Below, piece by piece: positions 1 to 13,794 of a stretch of DNA of 64,000 nt. A program made the position numbers and the translations under genes. The stretch comes from Malacoraja senta (Eukaryota). The first letter of the stretch is position 1, and the number at the start of each line of letters is the position of its first letter. The notes under the pieces were generated by a model. The model had not been told where the DNA came from. It ran no database searches and worked only from the letters and a program-made list of their open reading frames with translations. The stretch covers positions 23,252,001 to 23,316,000 of the forward strand of contig CM075989.1 in NCBI GenBank assembly GCA_038087875.1. The letters are read 5' to 3'.

Positions 1-374
1 TGCTATCCCAATCAGCATAAAGACTGTACATGATTACAATCGAGTCGTCTACAGTGTGCAGATGAAGGATAAAGGGAATAATGTTTAGTGCAAGGTAAAG
101 GCCGATTAAAGATAGTCACTTGCTCGCACTTGGCCCATATCCCTCTAAATCCATCGTATCCAAGTACTTGTCCAAATATCTCTTAAACGTTGTGATAGAA
201 CTTTATTTAAAGTGCCAATGGATGCAATGGTTTGTGTCTCATCTTCAACGAGGCACAGCATAGAAACAGGTCCTTCGGCCCACCGAGTCTGCGCTGCCCA
301 GCAATCACCTGATTACTAGTTCTATTCTACACAGTTAAAAATATAAAAACAAACATACAATATAGTGCAAAGAC

Positions 375-855
375 AAAAACATTGCCCCACAACTCTTCAC
401 GTTGTATATTGATGATTTGGATGAGGCTTTGTGGCCAAGTTCGTGGATGATATGAAAATAGGTAGAAGAGCAGGTAATGTAGAGAAAACAGGGACTCTGG
501 AGAATGACAGGTTGGGAGAGTGGGCAGAGAAATGGCAGATGGAATATAGTGTAGCAAAGTGTGGAGTCATGCATTTTGGTAGTAGGAATAAAGGCGTAGA
601 TTATTTTCTAAATGGGGAAAGAATCCAAAAATCGGAGGTGCAAAGGGACTTGGGTGTGCTGATGCAGGATTCCCAAATGTTAATCTGCAAGTCAAATCGG
701 TAGTAAAGAAAGCAAACTCAATGGTAGCATTTATTTCAAGAGGGCTTGTAGACAAAAACCGGGATGTAATGCAGAGGCTCTAGAAGGCGTTGGTAAGGCC
801 GCATTTGGAATATTGTGAGCAATTTTGGGCACCATATCTGAGGAAGGATGTGCTG
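375..855 (+). mobile_element. CR1-type (HER1-like) LINE reverse-transcriptase fragment
   Basis: Peptide KFVDDMKIG...EWAEKWQMEYSVAKCGVMHFG...QRDLGVL, typical of CR1 ORF2. Frameshifted. Confidence 0.9.
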
Positions 856-1699
856 AAGGGCCTGTTCTGAACTGTATCTCTAAAATCTAAGAGTTTAAAA
901 AAAAAAGTAGATCTTGCAGGGACAATTATCACAGAAGCCAATTAACCTACAAAACCTGCACGTCTTTGGGATGTGGGAGGAAACCGGAGCACCCAGAGGA
1001 AACCCACGTGGTCACAGGGAGAACGTGCAACTCCGCACAAATATCACCCGTAGTCAGCAACTCTACCACTGTTCCCCCCCCCCCCATATAATTATGCTTG
1101 TGATGAAAATGTACAAAGCGCAATTACACAAATGAAATAGGTCTTCGACACTCTGATATTGAATGCAAACACACAAATTAGATAAGAGCGCATTTATTTT
1201 CTACTTTTTAATGAATCCATCAATTATGTGTTAAAAGTGTCCAGTGGAAGAAAGGTCCACAGGGTAACTGATTATCCACATATATTACTATAACTATATT
1301 TGCAGAGTCCCAATTATTGAATCGATTGGATCTTCTGTAGCTGAAAGCATACGAAATAGCCGGAGAGAACAAGCATGAAATTCATATATACCTGCTTCAT
1401 ACGCTTCCTCCACAACTCCCCACTGACTACAAAATAAAATACTGTGCTGCAATTGCCCAAATTAATTGACATGAGAATTGTTTGAGTTGAGCAAAGCACT
1501 GACACCAACTCATGAAATTTGTTCATCGATTCTTACAGCCTGAAAAAATATTTCCAGTCTACTGCACATCAGCAGAAGAGAACTCTCTGAAGTATCTTAA
1601 CCAGGAGTCTTATTAATTGTAGAATGATTAAAAACTTTCAAAGCAATGAAATGTGCTTGAAAATATATTCCCAAAATGCATAAAATTAAATTTTATTTC

Positions 1700-2008
1700 A
1701 GTTTAGAGATACAGAGCAGAAACAGGCCATTCGGCCCACCGAGTCGGCGCTGACCAGTGATGCCCGCACATTAACACTACCCTACACACACTTGGGACAA
1801 TTTTACAATTATACCAAGTCAATTAACCTACAAACCTGTACACCTTTGGTGTGTGGGAGGAAACCGAAGATCTTGGAGAAAACCCACGTGGTCACAGGGA
1901 GAACGTACAAACTCTGTACAGACAGCACCCGTAGTCAGGATCGAACCCGGATCTCTGGCGCTGCAAGAGCTGTAAGGCAGCAACTCCACTGCTGCACCAC
2001 CGTGCTGG
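1700..2008 (-). mobile_element. HE1-type tRNA-derived V-SINE, near full length
   Basis: tRNA-like head with A/B boxes, V-domain core (ggtttcctcccacac) and CR1-derived tail (ggtgggccgaatggcctgtttc). Confidence 0.85.
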
Positions 2009-2164
2009 CCTGGCATTCTAATAATGTCTATTTAAATAGGCATGTATCTAGTGGAAGTCACTGCTCAATGACCAGCTATATATTTTTTAAGCATTTGTAC
2101 AATTTGATTTGTCATATTTGCTACTGTGCGATGTTATATATGCCATGTGTGCTTTCTGCACTCT

Positions 2165-2468
2165 TGGATGTTATTATGCTGGGAGGAATGCAGAGAAGAT
2201 TTACGAGGATGTTGCCAGGACTTGATAGACCTGAACTATCGGGAAAGGTTGGGCAGACAAGGACTTTATTCCATGGAGCACAGGAGGCTGAGGGGTGATC
2301 TCATAGAGGTGTATAAGATCATGAGGGGAATAGAAAGGGTAAATGCACAGTCTCTTACTCGGAGTAGGGGAATCAAGAACCTGCGGACATAGGTTTAAAT
2401 TGAGAGGGGAAAGATTTAATAGGAACCTTTTCACACAGAGGTTGGTGGGCATATGGAAGGAGGTAGTC
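2165..2468 (+). mobile_element. CR1-type LINE ORF2 3' fragment
   Basis: Peptide YRERLGRQGLYSMEHRRLRGDLIEVYKIMRG followed by FTQRLVGIW. Confidence 0.88.
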
Positions 2469-2668
2469 NNNNNNNNNNNNNNNNNNNNNNNNNNNNNNNN
2501 NNNNNNNNNNNNNNNNNNNNNNNNNNNNNNNNNNNNNNNNNNNNNNNNNNNNNNNNNNNNNNNNNNNNNNNNNNNNNNNNNNNNNNNNNNNNNNNNNNNN
2601 NNNNNNNNNNNNNNNNNNNNNNNNNNNNNNNNNNNNNNNNNNNNNNNNNNNNNNNNNNNNNNNNNNNN
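2469..2668. other. Assembly gap (200 N)
   Basis: Run of 200 n. Confidence 1.
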
Positions 2669-3782
2669 ATCCACACTGACCTTCGATCACCTGTTCACAC
2701 TAGTTCTGTTATCCCACCTTCTCATCCACTCCCTACACACTAGAGGCAATTTACAGAAGCCAATTAACCTACAAACCCGCACGTCTTTGGGATGTGGGAG
2801 AAAACCGTTAGCACCCGGAGAAAAACCCAGTGGTCACAGAGAGAACATGCAAACTCCGCACAGACAGCACCCGATGTCAGGATCGAACCTGGGTCTCTGG
2901 TGCTCCACCAGCTGCGCCACTGTGCCACACTTAACAATAAATTAGCAACCATAGTACCAGACACAGTCCAAAGTAAATGACAGTCGCTCAGGTTAATGCA
3001 AACTCCACACAGACAGCATTGGAGGTGATGATTGAAACCAGGCACTGGAAGCAAGCTGAAGTGTTTAACAGCCAATTCACTGTTAAAGTACAAAAGGACA
3101 CAAAGTGTTGGAGTAAAAGTGTTGGAGCAGCATCTCTGGAGAACATGGATAGGTCTCGTTTCAGGTCAAGATCCTTCTTCAGATTGAAAATCGATAGGTA
3201 ATGTTTAAGGTCAGGACCCTTCTTCAAACAGAAGGAGGGTCCCGACCCAAGACATCACCAATCCATTTTCCCCAGGATGCTGCCTGGCCCACTGAGTTAC
3301 TCCAGCATTTTGTGTCTCTGCTGGAGCGAGAAGAAAGCTGGAAAATTTAAAAAATTTAATTTTTTAAAAATCCTTTTGTATATGAACCAGCGGCATCCGC
3401 AGTTCCTTGTTTCTACACTCTAAGGTACAGTTACATTGCTGTGCAGAGAAACACAGCATCTGTCTTTTCTCACAGCGCAGAGGCATATATGATGATTGGA
3501 ATGATAACGTACTTTTCTGCTGGTGTTAATTGAGGGGGAAATACCTCATTCATTTAGTATCGCTGGGTTCTGGTCCCTTGTTTCCGCTTGTTAAATGTTT
3601 CTGAGGTTTGGGCTCTTTGTGTGAAGAATTGTTTCCCGAATGTAAGATTTCTTGTTTGAACTTATGCCGTCCAGTTTTGTGTCCACTGCTCTATAAAATC
3701 ATCTCACAGTTATCTCCGTCCCCAGCATAAATGTGCAGGTCTTTCAAATTGTTTCTTATAAATGCAGATTCCCAACTCCCAG

Positions 3783-4090
3783 ACGGCACGGTGGCGCAGC
3801 GGTGGAGTTGCTGCCTCACAGAGCCAGAGACCCTGGTTCGATCCTGACTACGGGTGCTGTCTGTATGGAGTTTGCACGTTCTCCCAGTGACCGCGTAGTT
3901 TTTCTCCAGGTGCTCCAGTTTCCTCCCACACTCCAAAGACGTACACATTTATAGATTAATTAGCTTTGGTAAAAAAACGGTAAATTGTCCCTAGTGTGTG
4001 GGATAATGCTAGTGTACGGGGATCGCTGGTCGGCATGGACTCGGTGGGCTGAAGGGCTTGTGTCCATGCTGTATCTTTAAAGTCTAAAGA
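3783..4090 (+). mobile_element. HE1-type V-SINE, full length
   Basis: ggcacggtggcgcagcgg (A box), ggttcgatcc (B box), V core and CR1-like tail. Confidence 0.88.
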
Positions 4091-5164
4091 CTCTGTGGCT
4101 CAGACTGGCATTCTGCAGTGCATCAATTCACTCTCTCTAACATGCCTAACAACCACAATACTGATGATTCATTCTGACCACGTGTATTATAGCTTAATTA
4201 TCACCGCCACTGAAATATATTCTGAAAGTTTAGGAATATGGTTGAATGTAAATTAATATGGATTAATTGTTGGATTCATTAAATCTCTTTTAGCTTCATT
4301 ACGGAGTCTTAGAGTCCAAAGCATGGAAACAGGCTCCTCGGCCCAACTTGCCCCCGCCAACCAACATGCACCAATCTACACTAGTCCCACATCCCTGCTT
4401 TTTGCCCATATCCCCTCTAAACCTGTCCTATCCATGAACCTGTCCAAATGTGTTTTAAACGTTGCGACAGTACCTGCCCTCAACTACCTCCTCCGGCAGC
4501 CACCCTTAGTGTAAAAAGGTTGCCCCTCAGGTCCCTATTAAATCTTTCTCCCCGCATCTTAAACCGACATACTCTGGTTCTTGATTTGCCTACTCTGGGT
4601 AAAAGACTGCGCATCTACCCGATCTATTCCTTGCATGATCTTATACACAAGATCTCACCTCATCCTCCTGCGCTCCAAGGAATAAAGTCCTAGTCTGCCT
4701 AACCTCTCCCTATAGCTCGAGTGAAGAGAGCACCTGTAATCAGAATTGAACCCGGATCTCTGGAGCTGTAAAGCAGCAACTCTACCGCTGCGCCACCGTG
4801 CCGGCCAAAATTGAATCCTTCAGGTTACAGGGAGGTATCCAACTGAGTTGTTACAACCTTCATTTTGTTCCTCATACGTAATCCCATTGATGTGAAATAT
4901 TTGTAATTCTTTATGTCAGTAGTTTGTTTACATCGCTGTAGTCTTACTCCCTTTAAATCAATGTAGGGACACTCTGGGGCAGAATCACGCTTTGCTGACT
5001 CACTGTTTGTGGTCAACTCATTTCTAGCTGACAATTACTTTATCAATGAACAGAGAGGTGAGGTTTAAATTCAGCTTAAGTGCCAGAGTCAATTCATTAT
5101 CAGTGTAGCCCAACTCCCCTCTCAGCAACTTGTGGCAAATATTTGATGGAGATATTTGAAGAAG

Positions 5165-5650
5165 TGCTGATGTTGGGGGAGTCCAGAACCAGGGGTCACA
5201 GTTTAACAATGAGGGGTCGGCCATTTAGGACTGAGATGAGGAAAAATGTTTTCACCCAGGGAGTTGTGAATCTGTGGAATTCTCTGCCACAGAAGGCAGT
5301 GGAGGCCAATTCACTGGATGTTTTCAAGAGAGAGTTAGATAAAGCTCTTTGGGCTAACGGAATCAAGGGATATGGGGAGAAAGCAGGAACGGGTACTGAT
5401 CGGGGTGGGAGATTGCAACCTTCACGTGGTCCGCCCTGTTTTGATAAATGCAATCAACCTGGCGTGCACAATCAAATAAGATCAAATAGAACAAGTTGTC
5501 CTACAACTTTAGGCTGTGCACGCCATACGCAAGAAGAAGAAGAAGAAGAATGGTACTGATTGTGGATGATCACCCATGATCATATTGAATGGCGGTGGTG
5601 GCTCGAAGGGCCGAATGGCCTTCTCCTGCACATATTTTCTATGTTTCTAT
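5165..5650 (+). mobile_element. CR1 LINE 3' end, interrupted by a 150-bp insertion
   Basis: Peptide GESRTRGHSL...FTQGVVNLWNSLPQKAVEA, plus 3' UTR and tctatgtt tail. Confidence 0.88.
5401..5550 (+). mobile_element. 5'-truncated retroposon 3' end with (GAA)n tail, possibly Vingi/Ingi-like
   Basis: Flanked by duplicated ggtactgat. Ends gccatacgc(aag)n. Confidence 0.55.
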
Positions 5651-6039
5651 GCTTCTTTTAGCCGGCAGTAACCTCTGGCAGAAGGTGCCATTGTTCACCC
5701 AGCTGAAGTTTAAACCCAATAACCCGGCAGTTAATTTTAAGTGTACAGAAAACATCAACTTGATTATAATATTGATAATACTTGTTGAAACTGTCAGTTT
5801 GGAATGCCAACTAAAACAATAGCTTTGTGCTTATCATGCTAGTGACACATTTTCCACAGGTTGGATTTGGGAAGGGAATTGTTCATGCAATTTTAGATTA
5901 GTTGTTAGTTTAGAGATACAGGGCAGAAACAGGCCCTTCGGCCCACCAAGTCTGTGCCAACCAGCGATCCCCTACACACACACAAGGGACAATTTACTTT
6001 TATACCAAGCCAATTAACCTGCAAACCTGTACCTTCTTT

Positions 6040-6378
6040 AATAATAATGATAATAATGGATGGGATTTATATAGCGCCTTTCTAATACTCAAGGCGCTTT
6101 ACATCGCATTATTCATTCACTCCTCAGTCACACTCGGTGGTGGTAAGCTACTTCTGTAGCCACAGCTGCCCTGGGGCAGACTGATGGAAGCGTGGCTGCT
6201 AATTTGCGGCTACGGCCCCTCCGACCACCACCAATCACTCACACACATTCACACGCAGGCAAAGGTGGGTGAAGTGTCTTGCCCAAGGACACAACGACAG
6301 TATGCACTCCAAGCGGGATTCGAACCGGCTACCTTCCGGTTGCCAGCCGAACACTTAGCCCATTGCGCCATCTGTCGT
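6040..6378 (-). mobile_element. Young tRNA-derived CORE-type SINE with L2-like tail, nested in an HE1 SINE
   Basis: Minus strand shows B box ggttcgaatccc, CORE-like gtgtccttgggcaagacactt and tail aaggcgctatataaat(att)n. A near-identical copy lies at 34200-34537. Confidence 0.8.
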
Positions 6379-7896
6379 GCTCCGGTTCTCTTTGGAGTGT
6401 GGGAGGGAACCGGAGCACCCTTGAGAAAACCCACGCAGGTCACAGGGAGAACATACAAACTCCATACAGACCGCACCCGTAGTCAGGATCAAACCTGGGT
6501 CTCTGGCGCTGTGAGGCAGCAACTCTACCATTGTGCCACCTAGCCACCCTTAAAAGCAAACCTCACATTTTTTTTAAGCGTGACACTTGAATAGCAAATT
6601 GTTAATGTGCCATGATTGAAAAAGTACTTCAATGGCTGTGGAATATTTAGATTTAGTTTAGCGATACAACTTGGAAACAGGCCCTTTATCTCACCGAGTC
6701 CACGCCAACCAGTGATAACCTGTACAATAGTTCTATCCTACACACCAAGGACAATTTACAGAAGCCAATTAACCTGCAAACCTGCACGTCTTTGGAATGT
6801 GGGAGGAAAACCCTTAGAAAACCCACGCGGTCACAGGGAGAACGTGCAAACTCCGTTCAGACAGCACCCGTTGTCAGGATTGAACCGGGGTCATCTCTGG
6901 AGAACATGGATAGGTGACATTTCAGGTTAGGACCCTTCTTCAGGTCCTGACTCGAAACATTGCCTATCCATGTTCTCCAGAGATGCTGCCTGATCTGCTG
7001 AGTTACTCCAGCACTCTGTGCCTTTCTGTGTAAACCAGCATCTACAGTTCCTTGTTTAAAATCATTCGCCTGCAGTAAAATAGGAAATGGGAACAAATCA
7101 ATGGGAAAATCACAAGTAAATAAACACAAAAAGCTGGAGTAGCTCAGCCGGTCGGACAGCATCTCTGGTCGAGAACCTTCTTCAGACAGTAAGGAAAATC
7201 ACAGAGGCAGCTTTGAGATGTGGAACGTCCTGACAATATCTTTATTAGAAAAGGTTAGTATTGAGCCAGTGATGTCAAGTGAGTATTCTCAGAAAAGCCT
7301 GTTTAGTAGGTAACCACTCCCAAGTAGTAGCCATGGTTAAATGGATAAATAGAGAGGGCCATTGAGGTGTGTCTCCATCAGACATCCGGTGTAACTGGTT
7401 CATCTTTTCAAACCAAGTGAAAAATGACACTGCGAAACACAATATACATCACAGCAGGAATTGCTTAATGAGATTGTTTTTATAATTAAGGTATGTTGGC
7501 TTGTACTCAGTTCTCATCAGAGTCATAGAGTCATTCAGTGTGGAAACAGGCCCTTCAGCCCAAGGGTTATTCAGCATCTGTGAACCTTGTGTGTAATGCA
7601 ACAGGGTAATATGTGGGCACAGTCTAGAGATGTGACATGAAATGCTGATCCTGGCTACGGGTGCTGTCTGTACGGAGTTTGTACGTTCTCCTTGTGACCG
7701 CGTGGGTTTTCTCTGGGTGCTCCAGTTTCCTCCCACACTCCGAAGACGTGCAGGTTTGTAGGTTAATCAGCTTCTGGAAATTGTTCCTACTGTGTAGGAT
7801 GTAAAACTGGTGATAACGCAGAATATATTGGTCGGCACGGACTCAGCGGGCCGAAGTTGTTTCCACGCTGTATCTCTAAACTAATCTAAACTCTAC

Positions 7897-8087
<191 letters not shown>

Positions 8088-9484
8088 CCTGTATTGTCAT
8101 CTTGCAAAGCAACAGTTGTACAGTGCAAAATGAGAAGAGGTTTCCCAGGGAATACCAGAGCATCGCACATAAAACTTAAACATTTCACACATAAATAAAA
8201 ACAATAAAAACCTCAGCGGGGCAGGCAGCATCCGTGGAGGACATTGATAGGTAACGTTCCGGGTCGAGACCCTTCCTCAGACTGAAGCTACGAGCTGCGG
8301 TTAGTCTTTTACCCACAAGAACGCAAGGGGGGCGGATGAGCAATCCTGTCCCTGATCAGTTTGTAAGCACTTTAGTTCAGTTTAGTTTAGTTTAGAGATA
8401 CAGTGTGGAAACAGGCCCTTCGGCCGACCAGCGATCCCTGCACATTAACACCATCCTACAGCCATTCGGGACAATATTTACATTTACCAAGCCAATTGAC
8501 CTACAAACCTGTACGTCTTTGGAGTGTGGGAGGAAACTGAAGATCTCGGAGAAAACCCACGCAGATCACAGGGAGAACGTGCAAACTCCATACAGACAGC
8601 GCCCGTAGTCGGGATCGAACCCGGGTCTCCGGCGCTGCATTCGCTGTAAGGCAGCAACTCTACCGCTGCGCCACCTTGACTGTGGATCACTTTATTGCCG
8701 CATGTGACAAGGCACAGCGAGATTCTTTGCTTGTAAACCCCATGTATACAAATAGCGTCCACCTACTGCGCTGACAAAGTTACAAAGTACGCCGGCTCCT
8801 CCATTGTTCTTCCCCCTCCCTCATGGCGGTTCCTCCACCCTCTCATCGACCATCAACCGCGGGTCGACCCGCGAGGCGTCGCCACCACCGTGAGGCTTCA
8901 CCACCACCAAGGCCCCATTCCCGCATGGTCTCACCGCCGCCAGCAAGGCCTCACAGTAAACTCAACCATAAATGGCCAGTTAACCACTTCTATGCCAGTA
9001 ATGACAGAGGTATCTACAACGGCATTTCTCATCCATTGACCTGTCCGTTCATTGTGGAAGCTCCAGGGCCAGATTTAGATGAAGAGAAGCCCTAAGCTAT
9101 TTCACTTGTGAGCCCCCCCCAATCCCCCACCCCCACGACTAGAGGACCATGACTTCCCGACAGTGACAGTGTGACACTTTTAGATCCTACTGTATGTTGT
9201 CATTAAACAGTTGGTTTTAAAATACATATTGGATTCACCGCAGAGCGAGCGATGCCTTACCTGGATCGCCATTTGAAGCTCTGGAGTGTTGGGCCTGCTG
9301 CTTCAACATCATGGAGCTGTGGTTTGCGGAGCTACCAGCCTCGGGCCGCGCTGATTTTAATATCACGGAGCCCTGGGAACCCTTTGCCGAGGGCCGCCAG
9401 TGTGAATCTCCACCCAGCTCAGCCTGTGGACTTCGGGAGCCGCGGTCTCCGGTAGGAAGTGGCCGATTCGGAAGTCCAAGCCGC

Positions 9485-10140
9485 GGAGGCGACGGAAGAA
9501 GAGCTCCAAATCGCGGAGGGCGTGGAACTCATTGAGGTGGGGACGGAGGGGGACAAAGGTGAGGCCTCTGCTGAGGGCAGACCGTTCGGTGTCGGAGAGA
9601 GGGAGGTCAGGGGGGATGGTGAACACATGGCAGGGATGGGGGTTGGGGCCGGAGGAAGGCAGGTGAGTGGACTGAGGCCGAGGCAATGTCTGGTGGGGGG
9701 GGGGGAGGGGGGGTGGTCAGGGGGTAGGGGGGTATGAGAACTGTAGTGTGGATGGGGAAGAGCTGGGGTCACATGGTTTGAGGGGGATGGGGAAGACCCA
9801 GTGGAACAGCCACTGAGGTTACCTGGGTTAGGTGGACGCGCAGTAGGACCCAGCGTGGGAGCTTCAGGCCCAGTACTGAGTGCAGGCTGCAGGTGAGGCG
9901 ACGGCTGCGGGCTGCTGGAGGGGCGAGGGTCAGCGGGCAAAGAGTATGAGGTCCCGGTGTGCGGATAGTCGGTGGGGCGGCGAGGTTCGACGGGTCCAGT
10001 GAGGCAGCGAGGTGAGTAGGCCCCCCTAGACCGCGAGGCCATAAGCTTAAGCTTGTCTAGCTTATACGTAAATCCGGCCCTGGGAAGCTCCAGAGAGAGC
10101 CAGCGGGAAAGGGTGAGCATTTTTAGATGTCTCGAAAAAT
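9485..10140 (-). mobile_element. Penelope-like element ORF N-terminal/pre-RT fragment
   Basis: Peptide VFTIPPDLPLSDTERSALSRGLTFVPLRPHLNEFHALRDLELFFRRLR fits the LS.GL.F.P...D...F.R.LR motif of PLE ORFs. Confidence 0.75.
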
Positions 10141-11394
10141 AAACTGGAGGAATCGAGGAATCATCCAGCACAGAGTGACGCCACTTTGAATGAAGCACTA
10201 CCTTTTCTCACATCCCTGCAGCTGTTTCTGCTCTACAATATTTGTATTTCCCGAGTCACCATTGAATCTGTCTGTGTAACATTGTCAGGCAGTACAAGCA
10301 GGATTCTAGCTCACAGCTTAAACACATTTCAGTACCATTCCCCAAGGCCCTTTTGCCAACCACCTAATATCAAATATTTGAACGTGGCGCAGCGGTAGAG
10401 TTGTTGCCTTACAGCGCTGGAGACCCGGGTTTGATCCTAACTACGGGTGCTGTCTGTACGGAGTTTGTACGTTCTCCCCGTGACCGCGTGGGTTTTCTCC
10501 GAGATATTCAGTTTCCTCTCGTACTTCAAAGACGTACAAGCTTGTGGGTTAATTGGCTTGATAGAAATGTAAAAATTATCTACTCTGCCATTCAATCATG
10601 GGTGATCTATCTCTCCCTCCCAACCCCATTCTCCTGCCTTCTCCCCGTAACCCCTGACACCCGTACATCTCAACTGCCTGACCCGCTGAGTTCCTCCAAC
10701 GCCTTGTTTTTTTCTCTCAAGGTCCCAACACCTGCAGTTCCTTGTGTCTCATACAAGGGGCATCTCTGTTTTACTGCCACAAAAACTAACTCCAGACCCC
10801 ACCACATACTCCTCGTCTTATAACCATTGATAAAATCCTTATGGGATTAATATTTGTTGATTAATGATACTGAAAACATTACAAACAGTATAAAATTACA
10901 AAAGACTTGTGAATCTGTGGAATTCTCTGCCACAGAAGGCAGTGGAGGCCAATTCACTGGATGTTTTCTAGAGAGAGCTCTTAGGGCTAACAGAATCAAG
11001 GGATATGGGGGAGAAAGCAGGAACGGGGTACTGATTTTGGACGATCAGCCATGATCATATTGAATGGCGGTGCAGGCACGAAGGGCCGAATGGCTGACTC
11101 CTGCACCTATTGTCTATGTTTCTATGCTTGCTGTTAAAATTTCATCACCAAGGTAAGCAACATATTAATTAACTAAGAACCACATTCAGGTGAAAATGTT
11201 GTGACAATTTATCTTTGAAGCTGATCATTTTGGGCTAAAAGCAGACAGATGGCAGACTATTGTAGCTGGGACATGTTAGCCCGTGTGGGCAAGTTGGGCC
11301 GAAGGGCCTGTTACCATGCTGTATGATGCTATAATATCTGAAAAGCCCAGTTCATATTCTGACCTCAGTTCATAGCAAATGATTTGGATGAACC

Positions 11395-11705
11395 TTAGTT
11401 TAGTTTAGTTTAGTTTAGAGATACAGCACGGAAACAGGCCCTTCGGCTCACCGAGTCTGCCCTAACCAGCGATCCCCGTACATTAACACTATCCTACACA
11501 CTAGGGACAATTTACAATTATACCAACCCAATTAACCTTCAAACCTGTACGCCTTTGGAGTGTGGGAGGAAACCGGAGCACCCGGAGAAAACCAACGCAG
11601 GTCACGGGGAGAGCGTACAAACTCCGTACAGACAGCACCCATAGTCAGGATCGAAGTCGGGTCTCTGGCGCTGTGAGGCAGCAACTCTACCGCTGTGCCA
11701 CCGTA
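11395..11705 (-). mobile_element. HE1-type V-SINE, full length with (ctaaa)n tail
   Basis: Same head, core and tail as the other copies. Confidence 0.88.
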
Positions 11706-11819
11706 CCTCAGGGCATTGATTGGTATAAGCCAGCACGGATTTGTTAAAGGCAAATTTGTTATAGGCAAATCTTATCTGGCTAATTAGGTGGAAGTAACGG
11801 ATGAGGAAAATAGTGTGAA

Positions 11820-11997
11820 TGTCGGCACCCGGTGTCGACATGTGACGCCTGTATGGTCGTGAGTAGTCGCCCAAAGAGTCGTACCTTTTTCTGGTCGCCG
11901 CTGGATTTTCAACATGTTGAACATTTTCGGCGACCTGCTTCAACTATGACGGGTGCCGGCAGTCGCCGAAAAAATCACGTAAGTGGGACAGGCCCTT
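11820..11997. mobile_element. Partial Harbinger-like MITE (one TIR)
   Basis: Ends aagtgggacaggccct. Internal sequence is shared with 60105-60272. Confidence 0.65.
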
Positions 11998-13794
11998 GAC
12001 TCTCTTGACTTAAAGGAGTGCTACACTTTCTGGATAAAAATGCTGGAGAAACTCAGCGGGTGAGGCAGCACCTATTCCTTCGCTCCATAGATGATGCCTC
12101 AACCGCTGAGTTTCTCCAGCATTTTTGTCTACCTTCAATTTTTCCAGCATCTGCAGTTCTTTCTTAAACACTTTCTGGACAGCTTTCTTTCACATGAACA
12201 TTTAAACCGAGTCCTATCTGCTTGTCAAGGTGAACACAGAAGATCTTGTCAAATTATTGGGGACAGTCAGCATGGGAGTTGTCTATGCTGTCTTGGCCAA
12301 GTTATTCCTCAGCCAATACCTGCAAACCAACTTCAACCCAACCCATAGTGTCCGCTGGCAAATGTTTGTAACCACAAAACTATTTCTTTGAAGTGTAATC
12401 TTGAAAATGCTGATGATGGCTTTGAAAAGAATATTGTCTGGATGCCAGAGAAATATTTGCTTCTAAGATAGACACAAAATGCTGGAGTAACTCAGCGGGA
12501 CAGGCTGCATCTCTGGATTGAAGGAATGGGTGACGTTTCGGGTCGAGAACCTTCTTCAGACCAGAAACGTCACCCATTCCTTCTCTCCAGAGATGCTGCC
12601 TGTTACTCCAGCATTTTGTATCTATCTTCAATTTACTCCAGCATCTGCAGTTCCTTCCAACACAATTCTTTGCTCCTGCTCTGCTTAAAGCTTTGAGATC
12701 GTTCAAGTCTGACTATGCAGAAAGGGCCGTTGCTTAGTTTAGTTTAGAGATACAGCACAGAAACAGGCCCTTCGGCCTACCGAGTCCATGCCGACCAGCG
12801 ATCCCTGCATACTAACACTATCCTACACACACTAGGGACAATTTACATTTATACCAAGCCAACTAACCTACAAACCTGTACGTATTTGGAGCGTGGGAGG
12901 AAACCGAAGATCGCGGAGAAAACCCATACGGTCACGGGAAGAATGTACGAACTCTGTACAGACCCATAGTCAGGATCGAACCCTGGTCTCTGGCTCTGTA
13001 AGGCAACAACTCTATCCCTATGCCACTGTGGAGAATACATTTTCAACAATGGGATGTGTTTTTAATAAAATCATACTTTATTGTGGCTGGTGGTTGGGGG
13101 GGGGGGGAGGGGATGGAGCATTTTTATTAAAGCTTTAATGACCAAATTTAGGTTTACTGGCAAACTTACAGCTGCAAACTCAGTGAATATTAGCTGGACA
13201 TAATAGATGGGTGGTGTCAGCTTCAGAATTATATCAGAACAGTGAAGCACGGGGTGAGGCGCACACACAATTACAGGACCAGACCTGTCAGCACTCACGT
13301 TATAATGTTCTGAAGTACACACGGTGGGACAATGGTGCTGCCTCACAGCCCCGGCGCCCTGGGTTCAATCTTGCTAACTGCGTGGAGTTTGCACGTTATC
13401 TATTCCATCACCTTCCAAAACAGAAACCTCAACGTTTAAGTTATTGAACTTGCTTTTGTTTATTGTGTTACCTCTGAGTACTGTGTTTACAGACCTAAAA
13501 TAGATACAAATTGCTGGAGTAACTCAGCGGGTCAGGCAGCATTTCTGTAGAGAAGGAATGGGTGACATTTCGGGTCGAGACCCTTCTTCAGACTGGTTAT
13601 GCTGCTGCAAGTAAGAAATTCATTGTCCTGTTTTTGGTACATATAATTAATAGCCTTTCACATTCTCAGCATTTTGTGTTACATGCAGTGAGATGAGCTT
13701 GTTCTGCTTCTTGTATGTTAGATCAGGTCTTGTTTATCTGTAGTGATACAAGGCAACAGGTAACTCCATTCAGTCTGGCAGCTGAAACCACCAG

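Noticed and set aside
2201..2945. Long ORFs spanning X runs
   Set aside because: Artefacts of the N gap.
3783..3860. tRNA-like sequences with A/B boxes (many copies)
   Set aside because: They are SINE heads continuing into V-core and LINE tails, not tRNA genes.
1391..5030. Two possible small minus-strand exons (about 1391-1425 and about 4948-5027) with plausible AG/GT boundaries
   Set aside because: The peptides (SGELWRKRMKQ or WGVVEEAYEA; RNELTTNSESAKRDSAPECPYIDLKG) match nothing I recognise, and splice-like words arise by chance. RNA-seq would be needed.
9419..10198. 259-aa proline-rich ORF as a host gene
   Set aside because: It overlaps the frameshifted Penelope ORF fragment and is low-complexity GC-rich sequence.
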